A stretch of DNA of 64,000 bases from Daphnia carinata (taxonomy: Eukaryota): contig NC_081333.1 in assembly GCF_022539665.2 (NCBI RefSeq), positions 434,001 to 498,000 on the forward strand, read 5' to 3'. The notes beneath the pieces are model-generated. The model did no database searches and had not been told where the DNA came from. It worked only from the letters and a program-made list of their open reading frames with translations. A program made the translations under genes and the position numbers. This document shows, piece after piece, positions 58,830 through 64,000 of the stretch; the stretch's first letter is position 1, and each line of letters opens with the position of its first letter.

Positions 58830-60392
58830 GGCAATCCGTTTTACCCAAAATAAAAAAATAAATATTGACCTTTTTTCTGTTTTATTGCTATCGCCATCTA
58901 CCGGTCACGTTTCTAGTTAATTCTCTACATACACTAACCGAAAAATTTTTAAGCCCGACTACATAAGCCCGACTTCTCTCGGTCGGGCTTATAATTTTTT
59001 TCTCAAAAAACTGACACTCGTCGGAATTGGTTGAATATCACAGGATATACTCAAAATTTAATGCTGATTCTGGGAAAATTACTGTTTTTAAAATTAAGTT
59101 AATCATTTTTGAAATACACGGAATATTTAACGCAATGCTAGCGCGCCAGTATGCTACAGCGCTAGCGCGATACAGCAGAAAGTCGGGCTTATATTGTCGG
59201 GCTTAAAATTTTTTCCTATTAAAAACTAATATCATTAAATCTAGATAACTATATATGATTCTGATTCAAAATTTAACAAGGAACACGAAAATGAAATTTG
59301 TTTTTACGTAGAGTTTATGGTTTTTGGATAATCAAAGAAGCTTGATGTGTCACGCTAGCGCTATAGCGTACTGGCGCGCTAGTAATGGTTTCTATTCGCA
59401 CACACACTAATTTTATATTTTAGATTACTCCAAAACTATAAGCTCTACGTAAAAAAAAATTCCATTTTCGTGTTCCTTGGTTAATTTTGAATCAGAATCA
59501 TCTATAGTTATCTAGATTTAATGCTATTATTTTTTTAATAGGAAAAAAATTTAAACCCGGCGATATAAGCGCGGGTTTATTTTTTAAGCCAACTTTTACC
59601 GTTTTTTACGTTTTATTAAAAAACTCTGAGTCCCACGAGAAAACAACCCTCACATTCGTGATGCCCGTTCAATTCTGCATCGCAACCATGTATTTAAAGT
59701 GAAATCTAAAATTTTGCCAAAATTGAAAAAGTGAGAAGGCTATAGCCTTCCCACTTTTGTCAAAATCGGAAAAAAATCGAAATCTCTCGGAATGCGATGA
59801 AAATCCCACAGTATAACCCAATTTTAACGCTGATTCAGAAAAACCATTTGTTTTTTTTGTCAAGTAAGCCGTTTTTGAAATAATCGTAATTTAAAGATAA
59901 CGTCGGGCTTATTTTTTTAGTCGGGCTCATTTTAATAAACCCAACTTCACCGTTTTTTACGTTTTACTAAAAAACTATGAGTCCCACGAGAAAACAACCC
60001 TCATATTCGTGATGCCCGTTCAATTCTGCATCGAAAACATGTATTTAAAGCGAAATCTAAAATTTTGCCAAAATTGAAAAAGTAAGAAGGCTATAGCCTT
60101 CTCACTTTTCCAATTTTCATCAAATCCTAGATTTCATTAAAAATTCATTATTCCGATTCGAAATTGATCGCTGATCACGAAAATGGGGTATATTTTTATA
60201 TTAGGCCTTTACTTTGTTAATTAACCTTAAAAATCAGAAAGTCGGGCTTATTGACTCGGGCTTATTTAATCGGGCTTAAAACTTTTTTCGGTTAGTGTAT
60301 CTAGAGAATTAACTAAAAACGTGACCGGTAGATGGCGACAGCAATAAAACAGAAATTATTTTTTATTTTTATTTTGGGTAAAACGGATTTCC
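58830..60392. mobile_element. Non-autonomous modular TIR element (about 1.56 kb)
   Basis: TAT|GGCAATCCGTTTTACCCAAAATAAAAA and TTTTTATTTTGGGTAAAACGGATTTCC|ATA, with about 150-bp inverted ends. Internal inverted pair about 59181-59337/59420-59575. Direct pair about 59586-59757/59938-60110. About 10 AAGCCCGA(C) motifs. Confidence 0.9.
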
Positions 60393-60485
60393 ATAATGGG
60401 CAAGAAGGACGGCGTTTTTAACGGTAAAGTTTGTTGAAATAAGACGCACGAAACATATAGGCATATCCTGGAACGCCAGTATTGC

Positions 60486-63400
60486 TCACTTTTTCCGTAT
60501 AATCAAATCTCTTTGTTGCCGGTCTAATAATTCCTCCAGATGCTGACAACGGGAAATGGCAGTTTTAAGTTTTTCTTGCATCTGTGCCAATGCGTCATCT
60601 TTTTTCGCAACGGCTTGTTTAACCTGTAAAGAAAATTAACCGTTATTAGTAATAAACCAGTCAAGTGAATCATGGGGTTAAGTACACGTTGATGGTGGTA
60701 CATGTCTTACCTTTTCGTGGATGTCGCCTAGCATTTGTTCATGCGTAGCGGACAGATTTGATATCTCTGAGATCTTTTTGTTTATTTCTATGCGGTGTTC
60801 GGATTTCAGCCGGCTACAATCTTCTTGGAGCTCCCTCTTTTCTTCGTTCAGTTTACAAAATTCATCGTCCAATTCCTTTTGTAATACCTTCCTTAGATCA
60901 GAACGCTCTGCAGAAAATTTTTCTAACGTTTGCTTAATATCTTTGTTTTCCTTTACGATTTGGAAAAGGGTCAGCCGTAAAGCAGCCAGTTCTTCATCAC
61001 GATCGGTTAAGGTACGTCGCATTTCAACCTAGACATAGATGCAATTTTAGTATGACCTGTGCGCAACGAAAGGAATCCACAAATACCAGTTTGTTGCGCA
61101 ATTCGAATTCAACTTGATCTAATCTACTTATTTCTTCTGCGTTTTTTTCCCTAACGCGCTCCAATTGTTCTTCCGACATTTTTCTCCATTGTTCCTAGGG
61201 AGGTGCATAAAATAATTAATTGTAAGCGTTTCATAAAAGCAAATGTTTCTGTCTGCAATCATACGTGTTGCCGTTTGAGCTCGTCCGCAAAATGAGAGTT
61301 CAATTTTTGTGCATCTTCGTCACGTTCTTTTCTTTGGGTTTCGAGGAGCCGCCTTTCACGTTCTTTAGAATCCATTTCCAAATGATGTTTTATAGCTCTA
61401 ATTTCTTCTTGCTTTTCCTCTTCCCAATTTTTTCTCAGTTGAGCGAGGTGCTCAACATGTTGCTGCTTGAGCGTCCCGATTTCTGCTTGTAACAGCTGCT
61501 GAGCTGCAATGTTTTCTTTTCTACGTTTCTCTTCAAGACGACGCATTCTTTCATCATCCTGGGTTTTCATACGGGACTCCTCTTCACTCCAACGAGCCCT
61601 CTCCCGCTCGATCTCGATCTCATGAAAAATAAGAAAAAAAACTCTAACAATCATCCGAGTAAAAGGTGACCATCTGCGAACACTTATATTTACCTGCATT
61701 CGCTGGCATTTAGATGCGTGAATAGCCTCCATTTCGTCTAATTGTTTGTCATATTTTGCACGCATTATTTCACGTTCTTTGGCGCAGGCTTCTTCACGAT
61801 CATTGTCCATTTTTTCTCGAAGCGCGTTTAGTTGTTGAGCAGTTTTGTTCAAGTGAGTCTGCTCAATTCGACTGATTTCTTCTTGATGAATAGAGCGCAG
61901 GCTCTGTAACTCGGTGTGGTGCTGACTCATAAGTCGCCGCAATTCCGGCTCTAGCCCTCTTGCCGTTGCTTCACGTATGTGTCTTGTTTGGGAGGACGTA
62001 AATCAATAACAATATATTATTTTATCAACCTCTTTAGGCATGTTTAAAACTTTTCGTGCTTACTCAGTACGATCAGCCAACCACTTCTCTTGGTGGGAGC
62101 GTTGATCTTTTCCCAACGCCTAGGAATTTTAAAACATATATTAGTGTCTTTTTGCTGTAAAATTTGTCCATTATCTTTAATTTTTACATCAAAATACCGC
62201 CATGTAACGGGTGCTGAATATTTGTGACTTAAAACGCAAAGGCTTAACCATAACTTATTGGTGCAAAGATTTGAATTTCAGCCGTTATTTTATGTATTTA
62301 CTTATTTTTGTATGAACTTACTTTCAAAATGAATTGGTTACCTGCTTTAACCGACGGATTTCGGCATTATGCCTTTCGTCGCTCATTCTCTTTTCGTTTT
62401 CGATTTTGATAGTTTGCTGTCGCATTTCGGCGGCCAATGATTCACATTTTTCAGCTAACCTCTTCTTTTCCTCGACAAGCTGTTGAATAAACTGAAAGTT
62501 GCGACTCGTATTCGTCTCGTATTCCTCCTTTTGAGCTTTACAACGCAAGTTCAATTCACGCTTGGCTGTTTTCACATTGCGTGCCAAAAGTTCTCTTTGA
62601 TGTTGGAGAGCTCGTTCCATAACCAAGATTTTATTGTCTTTATCCTCAACTAGCATCTGGGTAATGTGAAAAATGATCAAATTTAGTAGTTGTAATTTGA
62701 TTCGACCAGTTCCTTAAGTGTGTTTGGTCAGATGAGTTACGTAACTAGTAATGATAAATTACCTGAAGGCTTAGGACCTCTTCGATTAGCTCAGCCATGC
62801 TCATGCCGTGCAACCTGGTGACACCTTCGCAACGGGGTCTTCTAAAACCTCCTTCAGCATTTGATTCTGTTTCGGAATTTATGGCAAGAAGTGGCGACCG
62901 TAAAACTGGTGTGTCACTGTTGGCATCGTCCAAAAAGTTTAATATTTCCGATAACACATTATTTTCCTTTTTAGTTGATTGGTCTTTCCTTGATTCTTCG
63001 TTTTTTGCTTCGGGCTCCTGCTTCCGCGTAACAATTTGAAACGATTGATTTACTGGCTTTTCGCTTCCACCTGATGGACTGCGAATACTACTCATCTCAT
63101 CTACTGAATCGTCAATCAAATTTGATGCTCCGGAAACAGGTGCGAGATTGTCATCCGCGCTAACGTCGACCACAGCAGATGGTCGTTGAATATTATTGGT
63201 CTCTACGCATGGATTACAATTGACGTTTTGTAACGTCATAGGTTCAGGTGTAGGTGCAGTAGTACATTGTCTGTTATTTGGTTGTAATTGGTCATTGATC
63301 GCGTAAGACTCAGACCGATGTAACCTGGGATCGGCTTCAATTTTCGTGAGTGCATCGGGATGTTTATATTGCGTGCAATCCGAAGATTGTAATTGGCCTG

Positions 63401-64000
63401 GTTGTCTTGAATTGGTGGTGCATATTATTGGTTTTTTGAAGTTATGCGCTGGTTTTTCTTGTTCCAAAAAAACCGGGTCGTTAATATCTTGCAGTGAAGT
63501 GTCGGGCTCGAGGCGTTCGGGGCTGTCACTGGAAGCGCTGCTAAATACCGCAAATGACTGTTTATCTTCGAGACTGTATTCAGTAACCGTGTCGTAACTT
63601 CCAACAGTTGCCAGCTCACTATCGATGCTGCTAGACCACGATCGGCGACTGGTGTGCGGAGGTGGAATCCAGTCTCTTTGCGGCTTCGTTGAACGATCTT
63701 CTCGAGAAGATGAGCTACTTGTCGCTGGGCGATGCAAGGAAGAATAAGGGTTTCGTCTGGACACAAAAGGGAACAAAAACAATTGCAATATAGTGTGCAC
63801 GTATTTACGTTTGGAACTGTCTAAGTGTGGTTTCATTGTTTTCGGAAGATGAATTAGGATATTTAAATTAAAGATTTACTTTGATACGAGGGCTGTTGCT
63901 GGTCGATCCGACAAAATCTTTCGCGTCGTCAACGTCTCGCGGCGGAGGGAAGCATGCAGACAATCCTCAGACTTGCAACTCGAAATCGGTAAAGGTTTGT
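60486..64000 (-). CDS. CEP131: Centrosomal coiled-coil protein, CEP131/AZI1 (dilatory)-like; 5' end probably outside the window
   Basis: ILNFLDD, FIQQLVEEKKRLAEKCESL, IREATARGLEPELRRLMSQH, and C-terminal DIHEKVKQAVAKKDDAL...RCQHLEELLDRQQRDL. TGA at 60486-60488. Confidence 0.7.

Overview
Eukaryotic, AT-rich, gene-dense DNA with many short (about 60-100 nt) GT-AG introns. It looks like a compact arthropod genome, probably a Daphnia-like crustacean (inference from intron size and gene content, not from a database match). The right two-thirds is a housekeeping block: an EMAP-like/EML gene with a U12-type intron, SUV3, RPL19, WDR7/Rabconnectin-3B, NDUFA8, a ZDHHC14/18-like palmitoyltransferase and a partial CEP131-like gene. 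The left third is accessory. It holds two secreted proteins rich in S-x-E motifs and a 9-exon gene (about 1,475 aa by my splicing) that joins an IRE1-like pseudokinase, an IRE1-like non-RD kinase, about 15 ankyrin repeats and a C-terminal membrane anchor. It also holds a decayed tandem copy of that locus and a 5.5-kb TIR-bounded palindrome with a hairpin module in each arm and three tRNA-like units in its centre. Several MITEs and solo LTRs can be delimited from terminal repeats and target-site duplications. Exon borders were read by eye and need RNA-seq confirmation.
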